Position numbers and translations under genes: made by a program. Below, one piece after another: positions 21,392-32,892 of a stretch of 64,000 bases of DNA. The stretch comes from Phormidesmis sp. (lineage in GTDB: Bacteria > Cyanobacteriota > Cyanobacteriia > Leptolyngbyales > Leptolyngbyaceae): the NCBI GenBank assembly GCA_965248535.1, contig CBDFJR010000005.1:960001-1024000 (forward strand), in the 5' to 3' direction. The notes beneath the pieces are model-generated. The model was not told the origin of the DNA and searched no databases. It saw only the letters and a list, made by a program, of their open reading frames with translations. Every line of letters begins with the position of its first letter. Position 1 is the stretch's first letter.

Positions 21392-21748
21392 TTAGACAAC
21401 AAAGCTGTCAGCCTGGTTTGCAACAAGTCTACTAACATAGACAAGCTCTGAGGACGATCGCCGCAGATAAATCACCACTTGCACCATCTGTTTTTGAGGA
21501 AAGCGCCGATAAACTCGCAGTCGATAGTCCGCCATGCTCAAGGGCATGGCTGGGTCAGGATCGGTCTGAAACTCGCAGTACAGCACCACGCGATCGGACT
21601 CCAGCAAAATCAGCGCATCGGCACGAATTGGCTCAAGGGACAGTTCAGAGGGACTCAATTCTGTCAGGGCGATCGGTTCACCAATCAGCCAACTGGCAAA
21701 ATCTGCCGAAAACTGTTCGGCTAAAAATTTGGAGATGTTGTCGAACAT
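21392..21748 (-). pseudogene. Truncated Rpn/YhgA-like (PD-(D/E)XK) recombination-promoting nuclease/putative transposase
   Basis: MFDNISKFLAE...ELSLEPIRADALILL...EFQTDPD...MADYRLRVYRRFP...QVVIYL, then a stop after 118 aa; family members are usually much longer. Confidence 0.75.
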
Positions 21749-21782
21749 TTTCTGATTCCATTAGAGCGGTGATTGTTGCCAA

Positions 21783-24035
21783 TCACTGCTGTCGCCACCA
21801 CGCTCGCACTAGACGAATCTCGTCATAGCCATACACGTCTCCGAGATAATCGCGGATTTGAGTGAGAGAATTGTCTCCTACCGTTTCCATTGCTTCGATG
21901 ATTTTGTCTCGACGATCGCTGCTCACTAACCGCTCGATCTCCACGGCGTAGCCCATCTCTAACAACTCAGCCAGGTGCCCCGTCACGGTATTGAGGCGAA
22001 TACTTCGCTGCTCGGCAATATCAGCAGGTTTTAGACCCTGATTAAATAGTTCTAAAGTGTGAAGCTGGGTGTAGGTTGCCTGACTCGATTCGGGTTGAGT
22101 TGGGGGCGCAATGGGGGCGATCGGGGTCGAGACCCCCGCAAAGCGATCGCTTTCGACGGGCAATCCTTTTTCGGCTCGAAAGTCACGAATCTCATCTAAA
22201 AATGCGTCGCCATATTGGGAGAGCTTGCGATCGCCCACGCCCGAAATTTCTCGAAACTGAGCGCGAGTTTGGGGCTGCTGTTGCGCCATCAATCGCAAAC
22301 TCGCATTCGAGAAAATCACGTAAGGCGGCACTGCTTGTTTGTCTGCCAACTGTTTGCGAAGTTTTTGCAAAATTTCGTAGAGTTCTTCGGTCTCTGGCGT
22401 GTTGAGATCAGGGGCTTTGGTGACGCTGAGTTTTTGCTTGAGTTGCACTACGGCAATATTCACCGATCGCTGTTTTCGCAAGACTTCCCAACTTAGCTCG
22501 TTGAGCTTGAGAACCGAATAGCCGTCGGTCGCTTCTTCGACTAGTCGCTGATGCAGCAGCGATCGCCCTAACATTCGCCATTCTTCGATGCTGCGATCTT
22601 TGCCAATGCCATAGGTTGAAAGTTGGTCATGTCTGTTTTTGAGAATGCGATCGGCTTTTGAGCCGCGCAGCACGTCGATCGTGTAGCCCATGCCAAAACT
22701 CTGCCCTTGTTGAGAAAAGCGGGCAATGCACGAGAGAAATTTTTGAGCGTCGATCGTCCAGTCTTCGATCGGTTTGGGATAGCGACAGTTGTCACAGTTG
22801 CCGCAGTTGCCCGGAAAGTCTTCGCCAAAATAGGCTAATTGAATGGTGCGACGGCATTCGGTCGCTTCTGCATAGTTGATCACGCGGCGTAACTGCTGCG
22901 TTGCAATTCGCTGTTCATCTTCTAATGGCTCACCTGATATCGGATCGACTTTTTGACCAATCAGAAACTCGATTGTTTTAATGTCACCTACGCCGAAGTA
23001 AAGCGTGCAGTGCGACGGTTCACTATCGCGTCCGGCTCGACCTGATTCTTGATAATAGCCTTCGATGTTGCGAGGCAAATCGTAGTGAACTACAAGCCTT
23101 ACATCTGGCTTGTTAATTCCCATTCCAAACGCGACGGTTGCCACCATCACTCTCACATCATCTCGAATGAAGCGCGTTTGATTTTCGCTGCGAGTTTTAT
23201 TGTCTAATCCTGCGTGATAAGGCAGAGCAGCAATGCCATCGTGTTTGAGTTTTGCGGCAATTTCTTCGACCCGTTTACGGCTGAGACAATAAACAATGCC
23301 TGAACCTTGACTTTGCCGAATTTGCTGCACTAATTCTCGATAGGAATTACTGGTTTTTTGACGAACTTCATAATATAAATTCGGCCGATTAAAACTGGCA
23401 ACGTGAACGCTAGGCACACGCAACTGCAATTGCTGAATGATATCGTGACGCACCCGCTCAGTTGCCGTCGCCGTTAACGCAATCACGGGCACTTCTGGAT
23501 AGTGCTCACGTAAATAATTTAACTGCCGATATTCAGGACGAAAATCATGGCCCCATTCTGAAACACAGTGCGCTTCGTCGATCGCAAAGGCCGAGATGCC
23601 GACCCGATCGCGGATATGCGGCAACACAGAATTCAAATAATCTTCGCTCAACAATCGCTCCGGCGCGACATAGAGCAGCTTGATTCGACCTTCCATCACG
23701 GCTCTGCCCCGCGATCGTAGCTCGTCGGCGTTTAAGCTGCTGTTCATAAAGGTGGCTGAGATGCCATTGTCTTGCAGCAAGGTCACCTGATCTTGCATCA
23801 GCGCAATCAGCGGCGACACCACAATCATCAGCCCCGGTTTGAGCAACGCCGGAAGCTGAAAGCACAGCGACTTGCCACCCCCCGTGGGCATGACCACTAG
23901 CTGATCGCGATTGTCGATCGTCTGCTCAATAATCTGACGCTGACCGGGGCGAAAACTGTCATAGCCAAAGTAGTGTTTGAGCGCTTGCTCTAACGAAATA
24001 AAGTCGGTGGTGGCAGTTGGAAGGCTGGCTGACAT
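21783..24035 (-). CDS. recQ: ATP-dependent DNA helicase RecQ (RQC, HRDC and C-terminal HTH)
   Basis: [37 protein letters not shown], Zn cysteines, VPPYVIFS. Confidence 0.96.
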   Translation of the reverse strand: MSASLPTATTDFISLEQALKHYFGYDSFRPGQRQIIEQTIDNRDQLVVMPTGGGKSLCFQLPALLKPGLMIVVSPLIALMQDQVTLLQDNGISATFMNSSLNADELRSRGRAVMEGRIKLLYVAPERLLSEDYLNSVLPHIRDRVGISAFAIDEAHCVSEWGHDFRPEYRQLNYLREHYPEVPVIALTATATERVRHDIIQQLQLRVPSVHVASFNRPNLYYEVRQKTSNSYRELVQQIRQSQGSGIVYCLSRKRVEEIAAKLKHDGIAALPYHAGLDNKTRSENQTRFIRDDVRVMVATVAFGMGINKPDVRLVVHYDLPRNIEGYYQESGRAGRDSEPSHCTLYFGVGDIKTIEFLIGQKVDPISGEPLEDEQRIATQQLRRVINYAEATECRRTIQLAYFGEDFPGNCGNCDNCRYPKPIEDWTIDAQKFLSCIARFSQQGQSFGMGYTIDVLRGSKADRILKNRHDQLSTYGIGKDRSIEEWRMLGRSLLHQRLVEEATDGYSVLKLNELSWEVLRKQRSVNIAVVQLKQKLSVTKAPDLNTPETEELYEILQKLRKQLADKQAVPPYVIFSNASLRLMAQQQPQTRAQFREISGVGDRKLSQYGDAFLDEIRDFRAEKGLPVESDRFAGVSTPIAPIAPPTQPESSQATYTQLHTLELFNQGLKPADIAEQRSIRLNTVTGHLAELLEMGYAVEIERLVSSDRRDKIIEAMETVGDNSLTQIRDYLGDVYGYDEIRLVRAWWRQQ

Positions 24036-24109
24036 TTCGCGTGAGATCAGTTTTTGCTAGATCTTATAATACCTTTGATCTGGGTTAGAGACGGGTTGGC
24101 TAAACGCAC

Positions 24110-24142
24110 AGATCTCCGACTTCCTGGAGAAGTTGGAGATCT
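24110..24142. repeat. Intergenic palindrome (REP/SDR-like)
   Basis: AGATCTCCGACTTC-ctgga-GAAGTTGGAGATCT, 14-bp arms with one mismatch. Confidence 0.7.
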
Positions 24143-24147
24143 TATAC

Positions 24148-24183
24148 AAAAAGCGATCGCTCCTTGTTCAAGAACGATCGCTG
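24148..24183 (-). terminator. Probable groEL terminator; stem built from HIP1-like sequences
   Basis: AAAAAGCGATCGCTCCTTGTTCAAGAACGATCGCT: hairpin with a T run on the minus strand, just downstream of groEL. Confidence 0.55.
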
Positions 24184-24235
24184 ATCTTACAGTTAATGTT
24201 TAGGGACACCACAAGAAGTGATGTCCCTGAACCGA

Positions 24236-25915
<1,680 letters not shown>

Positions 25916-25928
25916 TCAGAATTCAGGA

Positions 25929-26240
25929 CTACTGAACGATCGCTAAAATGTCTTTCTCTGACAACAAAACATACTCTTCGCTGCCGAGTTTGATGTCGGT
26001 GCCTGCATATTTTGAGTAGAGAACTTTGTCGCCAATTTTGACTTCTGGCTCTTGACGAGAACCATCTTCATTGCGCTTGCCTGGCCCGATCGCTGCAATT
26101 TCGCCGACCTGGGGCTTTTCTTTAGCGTTGTCAGGCAAGAAGATGCCACCTGCGGTTTTTTCTTCAGCGGCACTGACTTTGACGAACACGCGATCGCCAA
26201 GGGGTTGAACAGTGGACACGCTCAGAGATACGGCTGCCAT
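25929..26240 (-). CDS. groS: Co-chaperonin GroES
   Basis: [26 protein letters not shown]. Confidence 0.98.
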   Translation of the reverse strand: MAAVSLSVSTVQPLGDRVFVKVSAAEEKTAGGIFLPDNAKEKPQVGEIAAIGPGKRNEDGSRQEPEVKIGDKVLYSKYAGTDIKLGSEEYVLLSEKDILAIVQ

Positions 26241-26409
26241 AGAAATTCTCCAAACTATCTAGATAAGGGATAACAATTGAAATGCCTTGATGGCTGGAAA
26301 GGCACGTCTGAACCGTTGCCTTTTTGACCAGCAGCAGCCCAGTCCAGAAGGGTGTGGACACTTAACTGGTTGCTTACGTTTACCAGTCTACAGGACTTTG
26401 AGCATTGAG

Positions 26410-26436
26410 TTAGCACTCTCGGCTCCTGAGTGCTAA
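26410..26436. promoter_or_regulatory. CIRCE operator (HrcA)
   Basis: TTAGCACTC-TCGGCTCCT-GAGTGCTAA, exact consensus with 9-nt spacer. Confidence 0.97.
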
Positions 26437-26463
26437 TTTAGCGGAGGTTCACCCCAGATGCAA
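26435..26463 (-). promoter_or_regulatory. groESL sigma70-type promoter
   Basis: Minus strand TTGCAT-N17-TAAATT, with the -10 overlapping the edge of CIRCE. Confidence 0.75.
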
Positions 26464-26474
26464 CTTTATTTTGA

Positions 26475-26490
26475 GTACGGGTTTCCGAAC
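26475..26490 (-). promoter_or_regulatory. K-box heat/light-response element
   Basis: Minus strand GTTCGG-AAAC-CCGTAC matches GTTCGG-NNAN-CCNNAC, upstream of the -35. Confidence 0.85.
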
Positions 26491-26606
26491 TGGGGCTAGG
26501 GCTGGGGGCTTTCCTAGTCCTTGCAGTCCAGAGTTTAAATAAAGTCCTGTGTTGGCGATCGTGAGACGTTTCAATTTCGCGGCTCACTAGCTGATCAAAA
26601 ACTTGC

Positions 26607-27833
26607 TCACCGGAAGTCTGCGGCGGCTTTGGCGATCGCCCCTAGCTGCAACCCCGGCGGATAGGTGCCTTCGTCTTTAATTTGCTTAATAGCCGCTTCT
26701 GAAATGGGCAGATTCATTTTTTTGGAGAGAGATCGCACGACATCACCGCGATCGATCACGCCCGAAATTGCCCCCGCAGGCGACAGCACCGTGACGCGAG
26801 GCAGTGACTGAGTTTCCATCAGCCGAATCACATCGACCAAAGCGGTAGACTCTTGCACCGACGGAATCTCAGCCAACGGCTGCACAATGCTCAACACTGT
26901 TTTTGTTTCCCACTGGCTGCGCTCAATGGTTTGCAGAGCATCGGCATCGACTCGCCCCCGATAGCGCCCGTCAGAAGCCGCAAAATAAACAGGAGCACGA
27001 GTTGCTGTCAGCAAATAATCATCGGCAAACTGCCGCAGCGTCAGGTTAGCATCAACAACTCGAAATTCGCGAGTCATCGCATCTTCAGCACTGAGTTTGA
27101 GCAGGGTTTCTTGCAGGACGGTTTGCTGATCATAGGCTGTGGCATTTTGCACCACAAACCAGGCAATGAGGGTTATGTAGAGTCCAGTAAAGACAGAAAT
27201 CGCTCGTCCAAACACGCCCACAATAGCGAGAGCGATCGCTAAACTGCCCAAAGTTTTGCCCACTCTAGCCGCCCAGTGCACCCCTTGAAAATGGCTGCCT
27301 GTGATCTTCCAGACGATCGCTTTGAGCACCAACCCGCCGTCTAGGGGCAACCCCGGAATCATGTTAAACAGCGTTAAAACTAAATTGATGCTGGCCAGTC
27401 GCTGGGTCAACACGGCAACCGGGGTGCTGTCTCCGGGCAGCGCTAGGGTCAACAAGCTGAGGAAGATAAACAGGCTAAAACTGACGAGCGGGCCCGCGAT
27501 CGCGACCTGAAACGCTTTGCCGGGGGTTTTGGGTTCTTGCTCGATCGCGGCAATGCCACCAAAAAAGAACAGGGTAATCGACTTAACCGGAATGCCCTGA
27601 GCCTTGGCAACAAAACTGTGACCCAACTCGTGCAGCAGCACCGAGGCAAACAAGAGGAGTGCCATCAGCAGCCCGGTCACCCAAGCGATCGTCGATCCCC
27701 ATTCGGGGTGAATTTTTTGAAACAGTGAACTATCCGATAAAGTAATCAGTGACAGCACCAAAAACCAAGACGGATCGATCAACAGCGGAATGCCAAATAA
27801 AGAGCCAGCGCGCCAGCTTGACTGCATGAACAA
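26607..27833 (-). CDS. Site-2 protease (M50) with CBS domains
   Basis: HELGH, AGPLVS, FNMIPGLPLDGG; C-terminal CBS pair. Confidence 0.92.
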   Translation of the reverse strand: MFMQSSWRAGSLFGIPLLIDPSWFLVLSLITLSDSSLFQKIHPEWGSTIAWVTGLLMALLLFASVLLHELGHSFVAKAQGIPVKSITLFFFGGIAAIEQEPKTPGKAFQVAIAGPLVSFSLFIFLSLLTLALPGDSTPVAVLTQRLASINLVLTLFNMIPGLPLDGGLVLKAIVWKITGSHFQGVHWAARVGKTLGSLAIALAIVGVFGRAISVFTGLYITLIAWFVVQNATAYDQQTVLQETLLKLSAEDAMTREFRVVDANLTLRQFADDYLLTATRAPVYFAASDGRYRGRVDADALQTIERSQWETKTVLSIVQPLAEIPSVQESTALVDVIRLMETQSLPRVTVLSPAGAISGVIDRGDVVRSLSKKMNLPISEAAIKQIKDEGTYPPGLQLGAIAKAAADFR

Positions 27834-28005
27834 TTTCCTAAATCAGCTATGCCTAACATCGTCCACGATCGTTCGTCAAATCACAGGCTGCGTCACGATC
27901 CTAGAAAACGCTAGGCTTTTCCCCCAGCATAGTTGATCTGAATTCACAAAAACGAGCTTCGTCAGGCATCAGGGCGGTGTCCCAACTAAGCTCGTTCGTC
28001 TGCTG

Positions 28006-28278
28006 TTAGAGAACGCCCGCGTTGCTCAAGCCCAAAATCACGCCTGCCCCTAAAACGTGACCAAAGCTCATGGTGGCTAAAAGCTCAGGAATGCCGAACC
28101 CGTCAAAGAGAGCGGGGTTTTGGACGGGCAGTTTGGGCCCGATACCACGATTTTTGATGGCAGTGCGCCCGATCGCGACGGCAAACAAACAGCAAAGGCT
28201 CATCGTCAAGCCCACCATCGGTGACCATTCAACCGTCCGCGCTGTTGCTGCAACCCCTAGTAAAGTAGAGTAAATCAA
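28006..28278 (-). CDS. psaK: Photosystem I subunit K
   Basis: PELLATMSFGHVLGAGVILGLSNAGVL. Confidence 0.95.
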   Translation of the reverse strand: MIYSTLLGVAATARTVEWSPMVGLTMSLCCLFAVAIGRTAIKNRGIGPKLPVQNPALFDGFGIPELLATMSFGHVLGAGVILGLSNAGVL

Positions 28279-28398
28279 GAATTTTGCTCCTAATTCTAAC
28301 TGGGCAAGTATAAATACTCAGTGATTATAGAAGTCTGAGTTTCAAGTTTTGAGATTTGGGCAAATTCTGATTTAAAACTTAAACCTTACAAAAACCAG

Positions 28399-29056
28399 AT
28401 GGGTCTACGGGTCAAAATTTGCGGCATCACTCAAGCCGATCAGGGTTGCGCGATCGCTCGACCTAGGAGCAACGGCTTTGGGGTTTATCTGCGTCGCGGG
28501 CACGCCTCGCTATGTTTCCCCGATCCAAATTCGAGCCATTGTTGATCGGTTGCCCAAAGATTTGACGACGGGCGAGAAGCTCGATCGGGTCGGTGTCTTT
28601 CTCAACGCATCGCTGCTAGAAATCGGTCAGACGGTGGCGATCGCTGGGCTAAACAGCGTTCAGCTTCACGGCAGCGAGTCGCCAGAGTTTTGTCACCAAC
28701 TGCGCCGGGCGCTTCCTGAGGTTGAGATTATCAAAGCTTTAAGAATCAAAACTCCCGCAGCTTTGGGTCAGGCAGACCTCTATCAGGGTTGGGTCGATGC
28801 CCTGCTGCTAGATGCCTATCACCCCACCCTTCAAGGCGGCACGGGTGAAACGCTAGATTGGTCAATGCTACGATCGTTTCGTCCGACTTGTCCCTGGTTT
28901 TTGGCAGGCGGACTCAATGCCGATAATGTCTTAGAGGCTCTGGAAGCCTTGTCACCGGATGGAATCGACTTGTCTAGCGGGGTTGAAAACGCCCCAGGTG
29001 ATAAGAATCTAGAGCAGGTTGCAAGCCTATTTGAGCGATTAAGAAAAGTGGAGTGA
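28399..29056 (+). CDS. trpF: Phosphoribosylanthranilate isomerase with an apparent +1 frameshift near 28462
   Basis: ATG 28399 gives MGLRVKICGITQADQGCAIAR; it continues in the +1 frame as LGATALGFICV...VQLHGSE...LLLDAY...GGTG...LAGGL...DLSSGVE. Confidence 0.9.
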
Positions 29057-29181
29057 ATAAGAGGGTGAATTAAAGGATATCGGTCACTGGCATAGGCAAT
29101 GGGCACGGCAATGCCATGCCCTTACGGAAATCTGGAGTACAGAGGCGAGGCGCTAGACCTTATGGTTCAGGTTAGTTAGAC

Positions 29182-29883
29182 CTACCAGAAAGAAGGCTGG
29201 TGACGAATCAGATTGAGAAACTCTTCACGGGTTTTTTGATCGTCTTGAAACACGCCCACCATCGCACTGGTCACCGTCCACGAACCGGGTTTTTGCACTC
29301 CGCGCATCACCATGCACATGTGGCTGGCCTCCATCACGACAGCAACGCCTCTCGGCTCCAAAATTTCCTTGACGGCCTCAGCAATTTGCCGGGTCAGACG
29401 CTCTTGCACCTGCAACCGCCGCGAATACATCTCGACGATTCTGGCCAGTTTGCTCAACCCGACCACTTTTTGGTTGGGGATATAAGCAACGTGCACTCGA
29501 CCCATAAACGGCAGCATGTGATGTTCGCACAAGCTAAACGCATTGATATCACGCACCAGCACCATCTCGTTGTGACCTTCGTCAAAGATGGCACCGTTGA
29601 CCAACTCTTCTAGCGACGTGTCATAGCCGCTGGTCAAAAACCGCATCGCCTCAGCGACCCGTTTTGGCGTTTTGAGCAACCCTTCGCGATCGGGGTCTTC
29701 ACCTACGCCCAACAGCATTGTTCTCACGGCAGCCATCATCTCTTCTTGGCTGATGTCAGAGGGCGATCGCAGTTTGGCCTCTTGACCGTTGAGGGTGTTG
29801 CGATCGGGTCTCGGCTCTAGATTGGCAACTTTAGAAGGCGACGAGTCAGAGGTGTTAGACCCATTTGGGGAAGCAATAGTCAT
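29182..29883 (-). CDS. folE: GTP cyclohydrolase I
   Basis: [38 protein letters not shown]. Confidence 0.97.
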   Translation of the reverse strand: MTIASPNGSNTSDSSPSKVANLEPRPDRNTLNGQEAKLRSPSDISQEEMMAAVRTMLLGVGEDPDREGLLKTPKRVAEAMRFLTSGYDTSLEELVNGAIFDEGHNEMVLVRDINAFSLCEHHMLPFMGRVHVAYIPNQKVVGLSKLARIVEMYSRRLQVQERLTRQIAEAVKEILEPRGVAVVMEASHMCMVMRGVQKPGSWTVTSAMVGVFQDDQKTREEFLNLIRHQPSFW

Positions 29884-29944
29884 GATAAATCCAGCTAGGG
29901 GTTATGAAGGAACGAACACACCATGCCCACAATCGACGCACGGC

Positions 29945-30670
29945 TTAGAAAGCGCCCGCGTTGGGCATTAAAATCAACTCCTCAACCACGGCTTGGTGAG
30001 GCATCAGTGTTGCATAGAGAATCGATTGGGCAACAACATCTGGGGTCAACATGCTGGCACGATCAAAGTCTGCGTCAACGGTGTCAGTGTCCCAAAGAGA
30101 TGTGTTGACGGAGCCAGGAGACACGGTGATCACCCGAATGCCGTGGGCCCGCTCTTCGGCTGCCAGAGTTTTTGACAGGGCCAATAAACCCGACTTGCTG
30201 ACGCAATAGGCTCCCCAATTAGGAAACGTTTGATGGGCGGCGATCGAGGCAACGTTAACGATCGTCCCCTGCTGGCGCTCCCGCATTCCGGGCAACACGG
30301 CCTGAATGCACTGCAAAACGCTAGTCACGTTGAGGTTGATCACCTGCTGCCAGTCGGCGAGTGACATATCCATCAGAGAGCCTGTGTAGCCCATGCCAGC
30401 GTTATTGATCAGAATATCAAGGGGGCCAAAATCGGCGGCGATTGCCGCGATCTGCGATCGCACTTGAGCCACGGCTGACAGGTCGATCGGGTAAACCTGC
30501 ACCTTGACACCAAACTGACGAGCCGCGTCTGCCACGACTTCTAACTGAGGCTGAGAGCGACTCACCAAGGCTAGGTGAATCCCAGCTTCAGCAAACGCCA
30601 GGGCAGTTGCTTTGCCAATTCCGCTGCTCGCGCCCGTAATCAGGGCACGTCGGTCTAAAGGAAGGGTCAT
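29945..30670 (-). CDS. Short-chain dehydrogenase/reductase
   Basis: TGASSGIG, NNAG, YCVSK; co-oriented immediately upstream of folE. Confidence 0.9.
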   Translation of the reverse strand: MTLPLDRRALITGASSGIGKATALAFAEAGIHLALVSRSQPQLEVVADAARQFGVKVQVYPIDLSAVAQVRSQIAAIAADFGPLDILINNAGMGYTGSLMDMSLADWQQVINLNVTSVLQCIQAVLPGMRERQQGTIVNVASIAAHQTFPNWGAYCVSKSGLLALSKTLAAEERAHGIRVITVSPGSVNTSLWDTDTVDADFDRASMLTPDVVAQSILYATLMPHQAVVEELILMPNAGAF

Positions 30671-31014
30671 GCAATACTCTTATTAACTCAAGGGTGAGCA
30701 AGCGTTTTGAAGGTCAACCGCTAACTGGGCACCTCGTTGACGACGCAGGCGAAAACAAGAACCAGACCGCGACATTCGCACACCAAAAGCGACGAAACAT
30801 CGATCAATACAGGAGACCCTCTGAGCGTAGTTAAACGTTAAAGAGTGAGAACGGTTTGAAAAACTCAGTCGCCCCTTTGATCATAATCCTTACTAGAACC
30901 AAAACATTAGTTCTAGTTAAGGTCAACAAACCAAGGAATTGTTAACAATTGTTACGCTTATTCATATTAGCGCAAAATGGAGAGGTTTCTTTTAGCAGCA
31001 CAGGCTTCTCTGGG

Positions 31015-31995
31015 TTAAACCGTCACTTCGGCAAACTTGCCAATACTCCGAAACTTCTGATAGCGAAGCTCACGGCGCTGCTGTCCGCTCATCTGATCCA
31101 ATTCGCCGAGGTTTCTGAGCAGGGCTTCTTTGAGAATCTCGGCCGCCCTGAGCGGATTGGAATGGGCACCCCCGATCGGCTCGGTTAACAGCTCGTCTAA
31201 GATGCCTAAATCTTTGAGATCGGCTGCCGTGATTTTTAACGCTTCGGCGGCTTGATGAGCTTTTGTGGCATCGCGCCAGAGAATCGCAGCACAGGCTTCG
31301 GGCGTGGCCACCGTGTAGACAGAATGCTCAAACATCATCAAGCGATCGCCGACCCCAATTCCCAGCGCACCGCCTGAGCCGCCTTCGCCGATCACCGTGC
31401 AAATAATCGGCACGTCTAGTCGAAACATCTCTCGCAGGTTATGAGCGATCGCTTCGCCTTGCCCTAACTCTTCGGCCCTCAACCCCGCATAAGCGCCGGG
31501 GGTGTCGATAAATGTCAGGATGGGCATCGAAAATCGATTGGCGTGTTCCATCAGTCGCATGGCTTTGCGATAGCCACCGGGCGAGGCCATGCCAAAGTTG
31601 CGGGTGATGTTGTCTTTGGTGTCACGCCCTTTTTGTTGACCTAACATCATCACGGGTCGCCCGTCTAGCCGGGCCACACCCCCAACCACTGCCGGATCGT
31701 CATAGCCGCCCCGATCGCCGTGTAGCTCCATCCAGTCTTCGCTGATCGCCTGAATATAATCAAAGGTGCTGGGTCGCCGCGGGTGACGGGCCACTTGCAG
31801 ACGCTGGGCGGCTGACAGGCTGCTAAAAATTTCTTGACGAAGCTGCACGGCCTTTGCGTCAAGGTGACGAATCTGCTCAGTCACATCAACATCATTTTCT
31901 TCAGCAAGCTCGCGAATCTGGGTGATGCGGGATTCTAGCTCGGCGAGGGGCTTCTCAAAATCGAGGAGAATCGGTTTACGATCGGGAGTAGACAT
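31015..31995 (-). CDS. accA: Acetyl-CoA carboxylase carboxyltransferase alpha subunit
   Basis: [31 protein letters not shown]. Confidence 0.97.
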   Translation of the reverse strand: MSTPDRKPILLDFEKPLAELESRITQIRELAEENDVDVTEQIRHLDAKAVQLRQEIFSSLSAAQRLQVARHPRRPSTFDYIQAISEDWMELHGDRGGYDDPAVVGGVARLDGRPVMMLGQQKGRDTKDNITRNFGMASPGGYRKAMRLMEHANRFSMPILTFIDTPGAYAGLRAEELGQGEAIAHNLREMFRLDVPIICTVIGEGGSGGALGIGVGDRLMMFEHSVYTVATPEACAAILWRDATKAHQAAEALKITAADLKDLGILDELLTEPIGGAHSNPLRAAEILKEALLRNLGELDQMSGQQRRELRYQKFRSIGKFAEVTV

Positions 31996-32212
31996 AGCTC
32001 AGAGTCGCTTTACGGTGAGTAAAAAATTCAGGCTGATCGACAAAGAATTGAGTTCTCTATTATCGCACTCAGTGAACGGTGTTTTGAGTGTGAAGTCTGA
32101 TCAAGCCACGACCTACCGAGAAACCCGCTGTCTGACCAAGACCCATCCGTCTCCTAGCTGGGATTGCAGATTGAACAACCTAAGAACGTCTAAATCGCCG
32201 AATTCTCACTCT

Positions 32213-32719
32213 CTAATGACCGTTCATTGTCACCTTTTCTTTACTGACCTGATAAGTCTCAGCAATGCGTCTTTCGGGGTCAATGCCGCTAAAAGTGGGT
32301 GGTAACCAAACCCGCACAACTAGCAGTAGCGCCATCACCATCAAAAACGCGCAGGTTGCTAAAACTTGAGTCCATTCAACTTCTAAGACTCCGCGCACGA
32401 TCACTTCTCGCAGAACTGACACGATCGCCACTTCGACCGCCACCCCGATCGACACTCGTTGTTCTTGCAAATAAATAATCAGCAGTCGAAATAGCTCAAC
32501 CAAAATCAGCGAAAACAAAATGTCTGCGGTGACATCTCGAAAATGCAGGGGAGGCAGCAGCGAAATAAACAGGTCTCTAAGCTGAACCACCATGACGCAG
32601 AATAAACCAACGCACAAAGAAACAACAATGCCATCTTGAACGGTTTCTAAGGCGCGAATCAGGTGACTTCGGTTCAAGAATTTAATCGAGGAAGGTGAGG
32701 AAGGGTTTGAGGTCTGCAT
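32213..32719 (-). CDS. PsiE family membrane protein
   Basis: ILVELFRLLIIYL...VEVAIVSVLREVI. Confidence 0.8.
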   Translation of the reverse strand: MQTSNPSSPSSIKFLNRSHLIRALETVQDGIVVSLCVGLFCVMVVQLRDLFISLLPPLHFRDVTADILFSLILVELFRLLIIYLQEQRVSIGVAVEVAIVSVLREVIVRGVLEVEWTQVLATCAFLMVMALLLVVRVWLPPTFSGIDPERRIAETYQVSKEKVTMNGH

Positions 32720-32839
32720 GAAAGTGTCTCGATCGCGGGACAGTTCTATTTAACGATGAGGTGAGCTTATTTCACAAGCCTTTAGCTATCAGTCTATTTA
32801 ATGGTTTCCATTGGTAGATCGCTGAGGTGACTCGCGCCT

Positions 32840-32870
32840 AAAAATGGGGTGAATAAGCTTATCCACCCCG
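32840..32870 (-). terminator. secA intrinsic terminator
   Basis: Minus strand GGGGTGGATAAGCTTATTCACCCC followed by ATTTTT. Confidence 0.7.
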
Positions 32871-32892
32871 CAAGCGATTCTATTAAAGACTC

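Noticed and set aside
29101..29121. GGGCACGGCA-A-TGCCATGCCC palindrome between trpF and folE
   Set aside because: Short single hairpin between convergent genes; probably a terminator or REP-like remnant, too little to call.
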